Positions 11,510 through 24,122 of a DNA stretch of 64,000 bases are shown in pieces; the stretch's first letter is position 1, and each line of letters opens with the position of its first letter. Location of the stretch: the NCBI GenBank assembly GCA_035084275.1, contig CM068743.1, positions 105,276,001-105,340,000 of the forward strand, in the 5' to 3' direction. Source of the stretch: Hydrolagus colliei (lineage: Eukaryota). The notes beneath the pieces are model-generated. The model was not told the origin of the DNA. It saw only the letters and a list, made by a program, of their open reading frames with translations, and did no database searches. Made by a program: the position numbers and the translations under genes.

Positions 11510-14500
11510 TCTTTATTTTGTAGTTACACTTTCAGCACTCTTTATGGGGGTGGGGGGGGCATGGTCCATTACAATTAAGATGATACTAACTAAATTGGAA
11601 TCTCTTTATATTTATGCTCGCCTCCGCACAACACCCTCCGTTTGGTCTATGTGTACTTCAATTAGCTGGTGATTTTATTAGGCAGAATTGGCAATTTCAG
11701 GCTGATTTTAAGATTATGGATTGGATTTGGATACTTTTCCGCACAACACATGAAGAATAGAGTGAAGAACTCCTGCATTTTTAAGCTACAATTTTTACTG
11801 TGAATCAGCTGTAATTTTGCAACAGAGGTGAATGTTATAGCTGTGGTGTTAATGGGATTTTTAGTGTGAATCTGTCCCTTTTTTACCTGGAATGTTATAA
11901 GCAATGTAATTTATAACTGAATCATTCCAGCCAGCGGCAGGCCTTCCTGAGTGCATCGGAATTCTATACCGGTTAAATCATTCCAATCTGTAGAAGGGTT
12001 AATGCCATTTTAATATTCCTTGGGGAAAAAGTTCTGATACACTGACTGATTACATTATTTTGAAGACACCACCTAGGCTTTGTTGCATACGAGTCCTTGT
12101 TTTAAAACACGGGTTGAGTCCTTGCCACTTGCTGTCTTATTTGACAAATACAGGTTGATAAATGAGCAAACTGAAGGAGTCCTAATTGTTAAAAGAGCAT
12201 TAACCACTTCCAAAAAAGTGCTTTCCTCTTTCTCACAATGAGAGAAAAAGAGAGAGAGAGAGAGCGAACATCTCAGACAAACAGATGCATATTTCACATC
12301 AAGTTCTTTAAGCTTCTGAGGCATGGCTACAACTGGGTCAAATGATAAGATGAGCACAACTGAAAAACGGAGACCAGCTTTGATAAAAACTGATTGATTG
12401 ATGTCTGGCTTGCCACCATCAGAAGCAGTTGTCAGTTAGTTTGGGATCAGATGATTTGGCTTCTGTGATAGAGTGGGGCCTGGTAGGCAAACCTGAAGGA
12501 CAAAAAGGTCACTATCTGCTCGGTGTCAGGCAGCACTGGACTGGCACTGTTTGGGTTTGCTGTGTCTGTTTTTTTTCCCTAATGCCCAGCTCTTCTGTAG
12601 CCCAGTTTAAGAAGCAGCTGCTAGGAATAAGAGGGGCTGTTGGGAGGCTGTTTGTGTCTTACGATGTTGGAGATGCCATTTCTAATAGTGCACTTATCAG
12701 GATGCGAAATGTACAGTCTCCTCTCTTCCCCTATCCCCAGAATTTGGCATTGATGCCTTTTTTGGGAGGTCAGAGCCACAGAGATTGATTGAATAAAGTT
12801 CAAAATGTAGGGTGAGCTCAGTGGGTGAAGAATTAATGAAGTTATTGTCATTCTGTAATGTTAAGTCACTTGTGGACCCACTGATAAGAACTGGGTTACA
12901 TTAGTCAGAACGGTAGGTATAACACGGAGGCTGCCAACTCATATCTGCGTTTTTTTTTGCTCATTATCTTTTTTCTTTTTTTTTGCTTTAAAAAAAGCTG
13001 GATTTTTTCCAGCAGCTTTTTTGATATCCATTTAGATTGTGCCTTCATTAAAAAAACTGACAATGCAGTGACTTCAATTAAGAAATATGTGCCTGGCCTC
13101 TGGCATCACATCCTGTTGTTCCGTCTTTGCTGAGGAGAATTCATTTGTTTCTTAATTAAGAAAAACACCAATAGCGTAAAAAATCTCCTTATGGTACCTG
13201 AATCATAATTAGTTAAAAAAAGTGGAAACATTCCGATAGCTGCAGAAGTGAACCCTTGCAGATAAAAACGAACTAACTAGCCTTGCATTAATCGACACTG
13301 AGAAAAAGTAGGCTGTCATTATGGTTAAGACAATATGCAAACTATCTCCAAAGAAATCAAATTGCTGGAATGTTTTCATTTGCATGTATTAACCATTAAC
13401 ATAATGAGGAGAAGTGACACTGGACCTGGATTGTGTGTCTGTTCGGATTGATAACTCCCTGCATCGGCAAATAGTCTAAGAAAATTATGCTACCAGTCAA
13501 ATCAGCATTGAACTGTGGAGCGTCTTTTTATCTGGAGCCCTGAACAAACCTGCCACTGCCTGAATGCAAGCCATCATTCTCTGACAGCTATCCTTAAACA
13601 GGTTGCCTCTGAGTCATTGTTTTAAGCGGCAAGGAAAATGGCGATAAGTTAAGTACAGCAAAAAGCTGAAGAAAAGTAGGTTTCTTTTTAAGACAGCCGG
13701 TTGACTGGGTGCAGTGAGATTTGTTTCTCTCGTCTAAAAAGCTGAAATAGTTATTTTGCAAAGTTTTTTTTCTGATGGAATGCAAGCAATGATTCTATGT
13801 GTTCCCATAGATAGATCTGCCACTTGCAATGTTATTGATGAAATAGATTAAACAGAGACAAATAGATATAGTAGCTGTGAGGGATTACAGTACAGAATAA
13901 TGATCTGACAGAGAGCTCCAGGTTATGTAACAGGAAAATTAATGCTTATTTTTTTTCGAACATCATATCGAGATACTGATTGCCGAGTACTGTCTTGGAT
14001 GATGTGGAGCTGTGTTTTGGTAAATTAAAAAAAAACAGTTGTTTGCTCGAGTTTTTGGTCCATTTTTTTGGCTGCAGTGCTGGCTCCATTTATCAGTGTT
14101 TATTGCCGTTGATGTATGATGACATTCCCATTGAAGCATCAAGGGCATCACTGCAAGTTTAACAGGGAACTCATTTCAAGTTCATTATCTGTGACTGGAG
14201 GTACAGGACGTAATAGCAACGTAGGCTTTAATGCTTTTCCTAGAATCCTCTCCTAAACTTCCATTGCTGAAAAATGGAATACCATCAAATGAGGTACTCC
14301 TTCACAAGATTCATTAATAAGAAAACCTTTTAAAATTTCCATATATCCATGGAAATTCCACCTCCAAAGTATGTCATGTTGGATTGCAGGACCAGCACTT
14401 TCATTTACTGGAGGGATTCCCCATTGATACCACTTGGATATCTTTTTATGAGATCCCATTATAAATACTGCAACTCAGATCCACATTTGTCATTGCGAGA

Positions 14501-14577
14501 GTTATTATATAAAACACAGAAGTTATTGCAAGATCCATTTCTTATGGATAATAATTTTTCTTACAACGGTTTTTGTT

Positions 14578-15711
14578 TCTTCCAACGGTTTTTCCTCAAA
14601 CTCCCGCACAGTTTCTCACGGCGTCCCTCAGGGCTCTGTCCTAGGCCCCCTCCTTTTCACCCTTTACACGCTCCCTCTGGGCGATGTCATCCGCAAACAT
14701 GGGGTAAATTTCCACATGTATGCGGACGACACCCAGTTGTACCTTTCTGCCTCATCCCTCAACCCCCAGACCATCGACGTTCTGACAGCATGTCTGTCCG
14801 ACATCGAGTCCTGGACGAGGGACAACTTCCTGCAATTGAACGTGAGTAAGACCGAGGCCCTCCTGATTGGCTCAAGCCAGCGCCTCCGCACATCGGGCGC
14901 TGCCAGCCTCAACATCCAAGGCTGCACTCTCCACCTCACAAAGCCAATCAGGAACCTCGGCATCATGTTTGATCAAAAACTTTTCTTTCTCCCCCACATC
15001 TGTGCCTTGACCGGCACCGCTTATTTCCACCTGCGCAACATTGCCAGGCTCCGCAACTATTTTACCCCCCACGCTGCCGAAACACTCGTGCACGCATACA
15101 TCACCTCGAGGCTGGACTACGGAAACTCTCTCCTCGTCGGCCTCCCCAGTTCCTCCATTCACAGGCTGCAGGTCATCTAAAACTCTGCAGCCCATGTATT
15201 ATCCCGCACCCGCCTCCGTGACCATATAACCCCCACCCTCGCCCGTCTCCATTGGCTCCCCATTCTCCAGAGGATCGAGTTCAAGATCCTCGTCCTCACC
15301 TTCAAGGCCTTACACGGCCTTGCCCCACCCTACTTAACCAATCTACTTTCCCCCTACAAGCCCACCCAGACCCTTCGTTCAACAGGACTTGGCCTTCTCC
15401 AAGCCCCCCGCCCGAACCGCCCCACCATCGGAGGCTGGGCCTTCAGTTTCTCCGCTCCCACCCTATGGAATACCATCCCCCAATCCCTCCATCTCGTTTC
15501 TTCCCTTTCCTCTTTCAAGGCCGGTTTGAAGACTTTCCTCTTCGACCGTGCCTTTTGTTCCACCCCAAATTTTTCGACCTCCCCTTCGTGTCTCACCCCT
15601 TCCCAAACACTCCCCTCGCAGCTCGGGTCACACGCCTCCTGTGCAGCGCCTTGGGACGTCCTCCCGACGTGAAAGGCGCTCTATAAATGTAATTTGTTGT
15701 TGTTGTTGTTG
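14578..15711 (+). mobile_element. L2 LINE, 5'-truncated, reverse-transcriptase C-terminal half, well preserved
   Basis: In frame [13 protein letters not shown]...MYADDTQLY...[10 protein letters not shown]...HWLP...FKILVLTFKAL...LKTFLF with a single stop (TAA 15178-15180); 3' stem-loop and (GTT)n tail. Confidence 0.97.
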
Positions 15712-15837
15712 TATCATCCATAAATCCAACCAGTATCATTCAACTGCTCTTTTTCCAACTTCACAGATATATATTTTGATGCTGTAGGCACTTGATAGGA
15801 ATGGGAGGAACATATAGAACCATAAGTGGTAATTGAA

Positions 15838-16295
15838 TGTCAGCTAGGTTCAATTGGTAGCTGCTGGGTGAGAAGGTTGTGGGTTCAACCCCCATATCTC
15901 ATGCCAGGACTTTAAGCCCATAGTGTAAACTATCACTCAAATGTTGTGCTAGAGGCTGGGATACTCAATGCCTTGGAGCATCTTCCTAATGTGAAAGGCA
16001 CTATATAAATGTAAATTCATATTGCATATTAGATTGAAGCCCTATCTGCTTGTTCAGGTGGTCAATAAAGATCCCATGGCACTACTTGGAAAGAAAATGG
16101 AATTTCTCCTGGTGTCTGGCCAACAACCCCACAAACAAAATTGGTCATTTACCTCATTGATGTTTGTTGTGAGCAAATTAGCTGCCACGTTCTCCAGCAA
16201 ATATGCAGTACAATACACTTTACTCCAAATCATATGAGAACTTTGAGATGATCCAATGAAATGATCAGATACTATATCAAGTCGAAGGATTATTA
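15838..16295 (+). mobile_element. Old SacSINE1-like DeuSINE interrupted by a short L2 tail (~15970-16018)
   Basis: Head tgtcagctaggttcaattggtagc...gaaggttgtgggttcaa; core gcaaattagctgccacgtt. Confidence 0.8.
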
Positions 16296-16533
16296 GTTTC
16301 ACAACATATCTGATTTCTCCCAAACATTAAACATGGACATTTGATGCTCCTGTCGCTTGTTTATACTCATGAATTATATTGTCAAACAATGTCCCAATGT
16401 CTATTTCCTTTATTTTTCCCTAGATGTATAATAAGTTCATCTCCCAATATATGTGTACATCGTCTAAATGGAATATCTTATAGGGAACTATTGAGTAAGG
16501 CATATTTTTCCACGAATTAAGACTTTCATAACA

Positions 16534-17568
16534 CCCAGGGCTCTGTCCTTGGCCCCCTACTTTTTAACATCTATATGCTCCCACTTGGTGCCATCATCCG
16601 CAGACATGGAGTTAACTTCCACATGTATGCTGATGACACCCAACTCCATCTCTCTGCCTCTCCCTTGACTCCAGGACTACCACTGTCCTGACAGACTGTC
16701 TGTTGGACATCAAGTCTTGGATGAGTGCTAACTTTCTACAGTTGAATGTTAACAAGACCGAGGTTCTACTGATTGGCTTGCACCAGCACCTTCTTGCATC
16801 AGGCGTTGGCTGCATCAACCTCCATGGTTGCACACTCAACCTCACCAAGCCAGTCAGGAACCTAGGTATTTTGTTTGACCCTCAAATGTCTTTCCTCCCC
16901 CACATCCAATTAATGACTTGCTCTGCCTTTCCCCACCTCTGCAACATTTCCCGACTCTACCACTACCTCACTCCCACAACTGCTAAAACCCTCATCCACA
17001 CCTTCATTACATCCCAGCTCGATTATGCAAATGCCTTGCTGGTCAGCCTTCCCAATTCCTCCCTCAACAGCTGCAGATAATCCAGAACTCTGTGGCCTGT
17101 GTCCTTTACCATTCCAAACTCTGTGATCCCATCTCCCCCATCCTTGCCCAACTCCATTGGGTCCCCATCATCCAATTCAAGATCCTGGTTCTCACATTTA
17201 AAGCCCTCCACAACCTCGTCCCACCCTACATCCATGACCACCTATCCCCTTACCAACCTGCCCGCCCCTCCGTCCTGCTCCACGTCCCCTGACCCACCCG
17301 CCCAACCAATGGCGAGTGAGCTTTCAGCCACTCTGCCCCCAACCTCTGGAACTCCATCCCAAAGTCCCTCCACCTTGCCCCCTTCCTGGCCTCCATCAGA
17401 TCTCACCTCAAGACTCTCCTCTTGGATGGACCCATCAACAACTCCTTATCCTCCCCTTCCCCTCCGCCACCCCTGTCCTCAGCTCAGGTCTGAAGCAGTA
17501 AGTGCCTAGCGCCTTGGGACATCCTCCTGACATGACATGCGCTAAACAAATGTAATTTTGTTGTTGTT
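16534..17568 (+). mobile_element. L2 LINE, 5'-truncated and frameshifted
   Basis: [27 protein letters not shown] and HWVP motifs; (GTT)n tail. Confidence 0.96.
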
Positions 17569-18013
17569 TCTTGTGGAATATAAGCCATCCTTACTTGTAG
17601 GATAAACAATTTATTGTCACACTGCTCTCTGTTACATGACATTTATTTACAGAAAATGATGGGAAAAAATGTACAGATAGAAAAATGTCTCTATGTCTAT
17701 AGTACACTGTTATGAAAATGAACAAATTCTAATCTTGTATTCCTTGTGGTCATGGTGCAGTAATTCTTGTGCAGTTTTCTTCACTTGGGTGATTCTGTTC
17801 ATTGAAAAATGGCATAAAGTTCTGGCTGTTATGGTTATTTTTAATGCTTTGTTTTACTATTTAAGTAACTTAATATAAATGCATACTTTGTGTGCTTTGT
17901 TCTTTAAACAAATATCTGCAAATTGGGCATAGAGTGAAAAATAACAGTGTAAAACTACTGGAAGATAATGGGTTTTGCAAGCTGCCACTCATTCTAAACT
18001 ACCAGCTGCATTT

Positions 18014-18152
18014 ACAACAACAACGACAACTTTTATTTATTTAGAGCCCTCCATGCCGGGTGGCATCTCAGAGCGCTTCACAATAATGAATCCCTGGGGT
18101 GAGCCAGGGGCAGGGGGTGAAAGTTGACTAAAGGCGCGGTTGAAGAGAAAGG
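18014..18152 (-). mobile_element. L2 3' fragment, decayed
   Basis: (CAA)n...ttagagccctcc...ctcagagcgct...aaaggcgcggttgaagag. Confidence 0.65.
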
Positions 18153-18328
18153 GTCAAACATGACAACAAATAAAGGATGAAATAATAAAATAATGCAAGT
18201 AGGTCTGAAATGACAAAAGGTCTTTTGAACCATTTAGTCTGCTTTTTTTATTGCAATTTGATTCCAACTGTTTGGTTCTAATGAGGGAAATGGATATTTA
18301 GAAAGGTAGACAAAATTGACAGTCAATT

Positions 18329-18428
18329 GAATTGACAGTCAATTAACTTTACAATATATTATGCGAAGCACTTTGAGATGTCTAGAAGTCGTGAAAAGCA
18401 CTATATCAAATCAAGGATTATTATTATA
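18329..18428 (+). mobile_element. DeuSINE 3' fragment
   Basis: acagtcaatt...gaagcactttgagatgtctagaagtcgtgaaaagcactatatcaaatcaagg(att)n. Confidence 0.85.
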
Positions 18429-18689
18429 AACATTAATTGTAGAAGAATGAAGGGAATAATAGCAAAAATGGGATTAAGATCAAAAAGTTATGCAACAGGC
18501 ACAATGCGCTGAAAGACTGCCTCAATTTTCTATTTACCTAACCAACTCTCAATAGTTTTGGGGGGTAAAATACACTATGTGATTTGATAATTATCACAAA
18601 GAATAATAATGAATACAGCAGAAAATGCAATTAAAATCTGCTCTTAAACAGGAAAAGGACTGAGCACTCTCCCCTCCCCTTCACTGACT

Positions 18690-18901
18690 TCTGGAAAGTG
18701 GTTTCACCCATAAACGTGTTCAATATAGCCAAAGACCTGTCTCAAGACCCTCCTCTTTGACCGTGCCTTCGGTCACCTTCCAACACCTACCTTCTCTGCC
18801 CTCCACCAACCTTGATCCCATCCATCAACTGTCCATCGCCTTGGGACATCTTCCTGATGTGAAAGGTGCTATACAAATGTAATTTTTTGCTGTTGTTGTT
18901 G
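18690..18901 (+). mobile_element. L2 3' fragment
   Basis: ctcaagaccctcctctttgaccgtgcctt...gccttgggacatc...(gtt)n. Confidence 0.9.
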
Positions 18902-19225
18902 TACCAGTGAGGATCCCAAGACTGTTATTCCATGTTGCAAGAGGAAATTAAAATTTTTAATTGAAACATTTGATCATAATTTTAATACGATAACTTGGTG
19001 AGTACAGTAGTATTGAAACACCACTTTATGTAACAATGGTCTTTGTGATCCTCACTTGCTTAAAAGAAAAGTAGCGATTCTGAATTTGAGAAGCCTGATG
19101 GCCAATTTATTCTGCAAAAATGAGAGGGTGGGGGTCAACCCTGTTTATGAGGACAGTTTGTTAGAAGACTCATTTTAACTATATTTTCTGTTAACTCAAT
19201 AAGGTATCCTTAAAAAATGAATCAC

Positions 19226-19322
19226 AATAATAATATTATTTGCATTTGGTATAGTACCTTGTCAAGTTGGTCTCCAGTTTGCAAGGTGAGTGAGTGCTCT
19301 AACCACTGAGCTATGGGACTCC
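19226..19322 (-). mobile_element. Internally deleted younger DeuSINE (head joined almost directly to tail)
   Basis: Tail aataatattatttgcatttggtatag lies within ~40 bp of the head gtgctctaaccactgagctatgggactcc. Confidence 0.75.
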
Positions 19323-19334
19323 ACAAACACATTT

Positions 19335-19590
19335 GTGCCTGTTCAGATGGACAAATGTAATTTTGATGTCATTTGTTGGTATTAAAGATCCCAGAGAATA
19401 GAGTTTCTCTCTCTCAGTGACCTGTCCAACAATTGGTCACTTGTTTCAAGGTTGTTTGCAGGTCATTGCTGTCTGCAAATTGGCTGCAGCCATCACTCAC
19501 AAAACATAGTCACTATACTTTACAGTAAATCCTGTGAAGCGCTTTGCGATGTCCTGTGCTGAAAGGCGCTGTGTCAATGTCATTATTATT
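19335..19590 (+). mobile_element. Old DeuSINE 3' half
   Basis: gctgtctgcaaattggctgcagc...gaagcgctttgcgatgtcctg...aaaggcgct. Confidence 0.8.
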
Positions 19591-19769
19591 CTAATTTTGG
19601 GTGATCACACAGGGTGGTCCTGCAAGTAAGGGATACTAAGCGATAAAATAATTCAAATATAATTGATCATTTTCGTCAATCAGTTCAACATTAGGCAAAA
19701 CTGGATAAAGAGCAAAATATTCCCCATAGATACTAGTGACCCCAAATTATTCCTTTCTTAAATTACAAT

Positions 19770-20015
19770 ACATAATGCTGGCTTTTGGTATCGTACCAGA
19801 TCACATCCCTGAATCATCTCAATGTGCTTCACTCGATTTCAAGTGTATTGACTGCATACTCATAAGACAACTACAGCAGCCTATTTGTGCACAGAAATGT
19901 CCTATAAACAGCCATGAAGGAAATGACTAATTTTATCTGGAGGATTGATAGCTAGGAAACTGAGAGAACCTCCCTTCTCATTTCTGAATAGCGTAATAGA
20001 ATCTTTAACATTGAG
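19770..20015 (-). mobile_element. Old DeuSINE fragment
   Basis: gcagcctatttgtgcacagaaatgtcctataaacagccatgaagg. Confidence 0.65.
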
Positions 20016-20179
20016 AGTAGGTTGTAGGTGTGATACGGTTTATAGCAATCATGCTGTAGTTGAGGACTTTCCCTCACATGCATGATTGTACAAATGATTG
20101 TTCAGCCACTGGTCAGTTATCATTTACTAAACTCAGAGGCTATAAACACATCTGCTGGTAATTTATTGAGTGTTGGAGT

Positions 20180-20590
20180 AATTGGTGCTTGATCACTGAA
20201 GTGGTTGAGTACTTGACTCCCAACCAGAAGGTGACAAGTTGGAGTCCCAGGGCTGCTGTAACTCATTGTATCAGTTGAGTGAGTTTTGCCCATGAGTCCA
20301 CAGCACAGAACTGGCCATAAATCAGCTCTAATTGGCACTAATTAAGTAATCTCTGTAAGGCTGGAGACTGTGTGAGAAATTACAGTGTCATATGACACCA
20401 GTCAGAGGTACCCCTCTGAGGAGAGTGTTTATGCTTAGTCTTTGGAAAGTGTAAAAGAAGCTTCAACCTTTATCTGGTCAATACTTTACTCAAACTATGG
20501 ATGTTAGTTAAACTGTGTTTGTGGAGAACCAGAATTCCACTGCTTAATACTGTCATTCCTTACCTTGATAAACACATGATTTAGCCACAA
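20180..20590 (+). mobile_element. LF-SINE-like relic (tentative)
   Basis: tRNA-like head, central cacagcacagaac...aattggcactaatt and 3' ccttgataaacacatgattt resemble the recalled LF-SINE consensus. Confidence 0.4.
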
Positions 20591-21109
20591 GTGCTGGGAC
20601 TATCTGCAACTACTTTGTGGGATTGTGCTGCAGCCAATCTGAAAGTGGGAATGTATGAATAATAAAATACACTTCCTGTTTTCATTTTGAATGGCTCACG
20701 AAAAATTGTACGGGAGTGGGGCACTCAAGAATATTTCTGCATTGCACAGTTCTGTCAGCTAGAAATAGAAACTTTCCCTCGGTATTGTGTGAACGGCCAT
20801 TTATGATGGAACATCTGTAATGTTGGTTATGATTAAAGCTAACGTGAAATACCACTGTTATCTGATGCTGTCAATTCTCATAGATATGTAGTATAATATT
20901 TGCTTGAAAGGGGGTTTTCTAAATCAAAACATTGTTTTCAAGATCAAGCAAGGTTTTGTCATGGATGGACTCGTGATATACAGCTAGTGAGTTGTTCACA
21001 TTGTTCATTAGATTATGACTATTGACTGGAGAGTGAAAGAAAAAAATGGAATCCTGGCTGTAATATCCAGCTGCATTACGTCCACTCTTGTTATCAATTA
21101 GTAGCAGTC

Positions 21110-21650
21110 TTGCCACTCATAGCTTTCACTCAGAAAGCTGTGGGTTCTAGCTCAACATTAAACTTTAAGATTTACAGTTTAGGCTGATCCTCCAATACAG
21201 TGCTGGGGCTGGTGGTGGAAGTGATGCTGTCACAGAGGTGCTATCCTTAGGATGAGATGTTATGAAATTGATACCAAATTACACCGTGATGATAAGTTTT
21301 CAGTGCAAGACTGTTTGTGGGACACTGCTGTGTGTAATTGGCTGCCACATTTTGCCCACATATAGTCAATTCACTCTACAGCATACTCTGTTAAGCACTT
21401 TGAGACATCTTGAAGATGTGAAAAGCGCTGTATAAAATGCAAGGATTATTATTATGTTCTGGCTAACAATCATTCAGATAAGATTCGTTATTTGCTTCTT
21501 GGCTGTTTGTGCGGTTTTACTGTGCGCAATTTGGATGCTGCATTTTGTCTGCAATATTCAGTCACTGTACAATAAATTCTGTGAAGCACTTTGAGACGTC
21601 TCAATGATGTGACAATGCATTAAGTATATTAAATGCACGGATTATTATAA
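21110..21650 (+). mobile_element. SINE cluster: old head (21110-21262), young 3' part (21309-21454) and a further 3' part (21480-21650)
   Basis: Two Deu cores and two aaatgca.gg(att)n tails in tandem. Confidence 0.85.
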
Positions 21651-21843
21651 ATACACGAATTGTTACTTAATTCAAATTAACTAACATAAAATAAGACTTA
21701 CCATCTGGGGCTGGGGAGAACAAATAGCCAATGTCTGCCTCAATTTGTTTGCTGTTTGGAAAATAAGAGGTGATTTAATTCTGCAACAGTCATGACAATG
21801 TCAATAACAATGTTGCCCTCACCACTGGCTGTAGAAGGATATA

Positions 21844-22690
21844 CAGGTATTCCCTCCCCAACCGCGAGGGATACGTTCCTGTAAACCTTCGTGGTTGGTA
21901 AAATTGCGGTTGGAAAATACAGGGCCCTATGGGAAACACGGGGATAGGGGGAGTAAATTTGCATTTAGTGAAACTAAACACAAAAAAAACACATACAGTA
22001 ATAACATACCTACCTGTACATGGGGATAGAGGGGAGTAAGATTGGGCAGCTTGGCTGCCAGGATCTGCAGCAATCAGACAGTCAGGAGAAAGAGAGAGAC
22101 ATGGAGGGCTGGGGGGGTGACACGGAGGGTGGGGAGGGGTGACACGGAGGGCTGGGGGTGGTGACACGGAGGGCTGGGGGGGTGACACGGAGGGTGGGGA
22201 GGGGTGACACGGAGGGTGGGGGGAGGGTGACATGGAGGGTGGGGGAGGGGTGAGATAGAGGGTTGGGGGGAATAAATTTGGGAGCATTGGCTGCCAGGAT
22301 CTGCAGACAGACAGAGAGAGAGAGAAATTGACGGAGAATTAGCTTAATCCTAAAAGAGAAGCATCGTAGCTGGATGATTGCAACATCGCCCCTGGGTCCC
22401 AGTGCTATACTCTAGCTGGTCGCACACACACAGTACCTACAATTCACGAGTGCAGCTACACTACGTGGGGTAGTAAAGATGCTGATAGGCGGGAACCGCG
22501 GAGCGGATGAATGCACACTAATAAGTGGATGAATGCGATCCCTTGTCTGGAGGAGTGAAACTTGAAAATTTAAACCGCGGATGTAAATCGTGGACGCGCA
22601 AAACGCGGTTTGCGAGGATTGTTGCATTTAGCAAACCGCGGATGCGTGCGTTTCGTGGTTGATGATGCCACGGTTGGGGCAGGATACCTG
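21844..22690. mobile_element. Non-autonomous pogo/Tigger-type DNA transposon
   Basis: TIRs caggtattccctccccaaccgcg and cggttggggcaggatacctg, with TA on both flanks; CpG-rich. Confidence 0.88.
22098..22270. repeat. G-rich ~22-bp minisatellite inside the Tigger-type element
   Basis: About 7-8 copies of GGGTGACACGGAGGG(TGGGGAG/CTGGGGG). Confidence 0.92.
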
Positions 22691-22899
22691 TATAGAGCAG
22701 AATCGATTAAGAAATCCAAATTGGAGATTGGGTTGTGAGAGAATGTTCAATATAAATACTTCCTAACACACAATGCTAATCAAATAGAAATCCATACTAA
22801 TTTATCCATCCACACCATTTAGCTCTTGGTAGTTGCTTTACAGAAGAAAACATTCCTGCTCCCACTTCTTTTCCTCTCCCACACCTCTCTTGTCAGTGA

Positions 22900-23106
22900 T
22901 CTTTTCTCTGTCGCTGCTCCTCTCTAATTCTCTATGCGTGTGTGTATCTTTCTCTTTTTGCTCTGCTTTGACTGTCTATGTGTGTGTATATATATGTTTG
23001 TGTGTTTCTCTCTCTACTCCTCTTTAACAGATTAAGTGTGTGTGTGTGTCTTTCTGGACCTCTCTAAATTGTTTTTCTCTCCCTCTCTGTAACTCTGTGT
23101 GTGTGT
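22900..23106. repeat. (TC)/(TG) low-complexity tract
   Basis: Interspersed tctc and tgtg runs. Confidence 0.8.
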
Positions 23107-23629
23107 CAAATTTTGTCCACATTGCACTCTGACTTCACTTCCTCGTTGGCTCTTGATGGGATTAAGTGTACAAGCCAATAGTCAGAGTGTGGTTACATAG
23201 TGTTCTGCTTGTATTTAGTTTCATTGTTTGGAATCACTAAGATTGAATACTGTAGATCATTATAATCTTATGGCTTCCTATACAGTACTTCACTATTGTA
23301 ACAACTGGCTGAAAAAATCAGTAATCTATTTACAAAGTAAAGTCAATCATTGCTTAAACATCCTAAAGATTAAACAGCACTAAACACTCCAAATTTACCA
23401 GTAAAGTAAAGGTCACTTCTATTGATAAGGAAATTAAGGGTTTTAAGATATCATGACTGTGTGAATAAAATACTTCCAAATTTGGAGAATATCAAAGAGA
23501 TAATTTTAATTTAGTGACCTGCAAATGTCAGTTTAAAGACTCCAAAGTTTAATTTATTTATTAATTGCACCTCAATCCCTTGTTCATCTGAACTTTGAAA
23601 GTGTGAACTTTGCAGATTTTTAAATATTT

Positions 23630-23775
23630 TCTTACTCGCCCGTCTCTAATTTTCTCTCCTCTTCTGAAAACTGTGACTCATTCTGGAGTTTATACCTAAG
23701 GCACTGGTCACCTTTTACTTCATTACAGCCATTCTTCATGTCTGAGTGCAAGCAGACAGGCAGGCGAAGGCCATT
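23630..23775 (-). mobile_element. AmnSINE2-like 3' end
   Basis: Minus strand ctcagacatgaagaatggc...ctccagaatgagtcac...ttcagaagaggagagaaaattag resembles the recalled AmnSINE2 3' terminus. Confidence 0.55.
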
Positions 23776-23927
23776 TACGGTTTGTCTGAAAATTTACCAG
23801 CTTTGGCAGGTGAATGCATGTTAATATGCGTTTGTCACATATTTTATTGAGTGGGGGAGTGGGAGCTTATCACAGGATTTTCCCATTGTAAGATTTCATA
23901 AACCAGGAGAAAATCATCCTCATATTG

Positions 23928-24083
23928 CAGTAGTGGCCAACCTTTTCGGTCGGCCAACAATACATAATATAACAATATAATACAATACAATGCACAAGAA
24001 AAACTGAAAGCACACTATTGATTTAAAACAGACTCACCTAGACAAATGTGAATGTTCCACAGGCCATGGGTTGGTAACCAGTG
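23928..24083. mobile_element. hAT (Charlie-like) MITE, 156 bp
   Basis: TIRs cagtagtggccaacc and ggttggtaaccagtg; 8-bp TSD tcatattg / ccatattg. Confidence 0.8.
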
Positions 24084-24122
24084 CCATATTGTCTGTTGCT
24101 TCATGTTCCATCTTGGAGTGTT

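Noticed and set aside
14244-14293. Possible small exon (ttttcctag...GAG/gtactc; SSPKLPLLKNGIPSNE)
   Set aside because: Weak donor, peptide not recognised, expected by chance
14349-14849. 166-aa ORF as a host gene or LINE fusion
   Set aside because: Runs from unique DNA into L2 in a non-RT frame; no recognisable protein
22098-22270. CRISPR-like array
   Set aside because: Head-to-tail repeats without unique spacers, in a eukaryotic context
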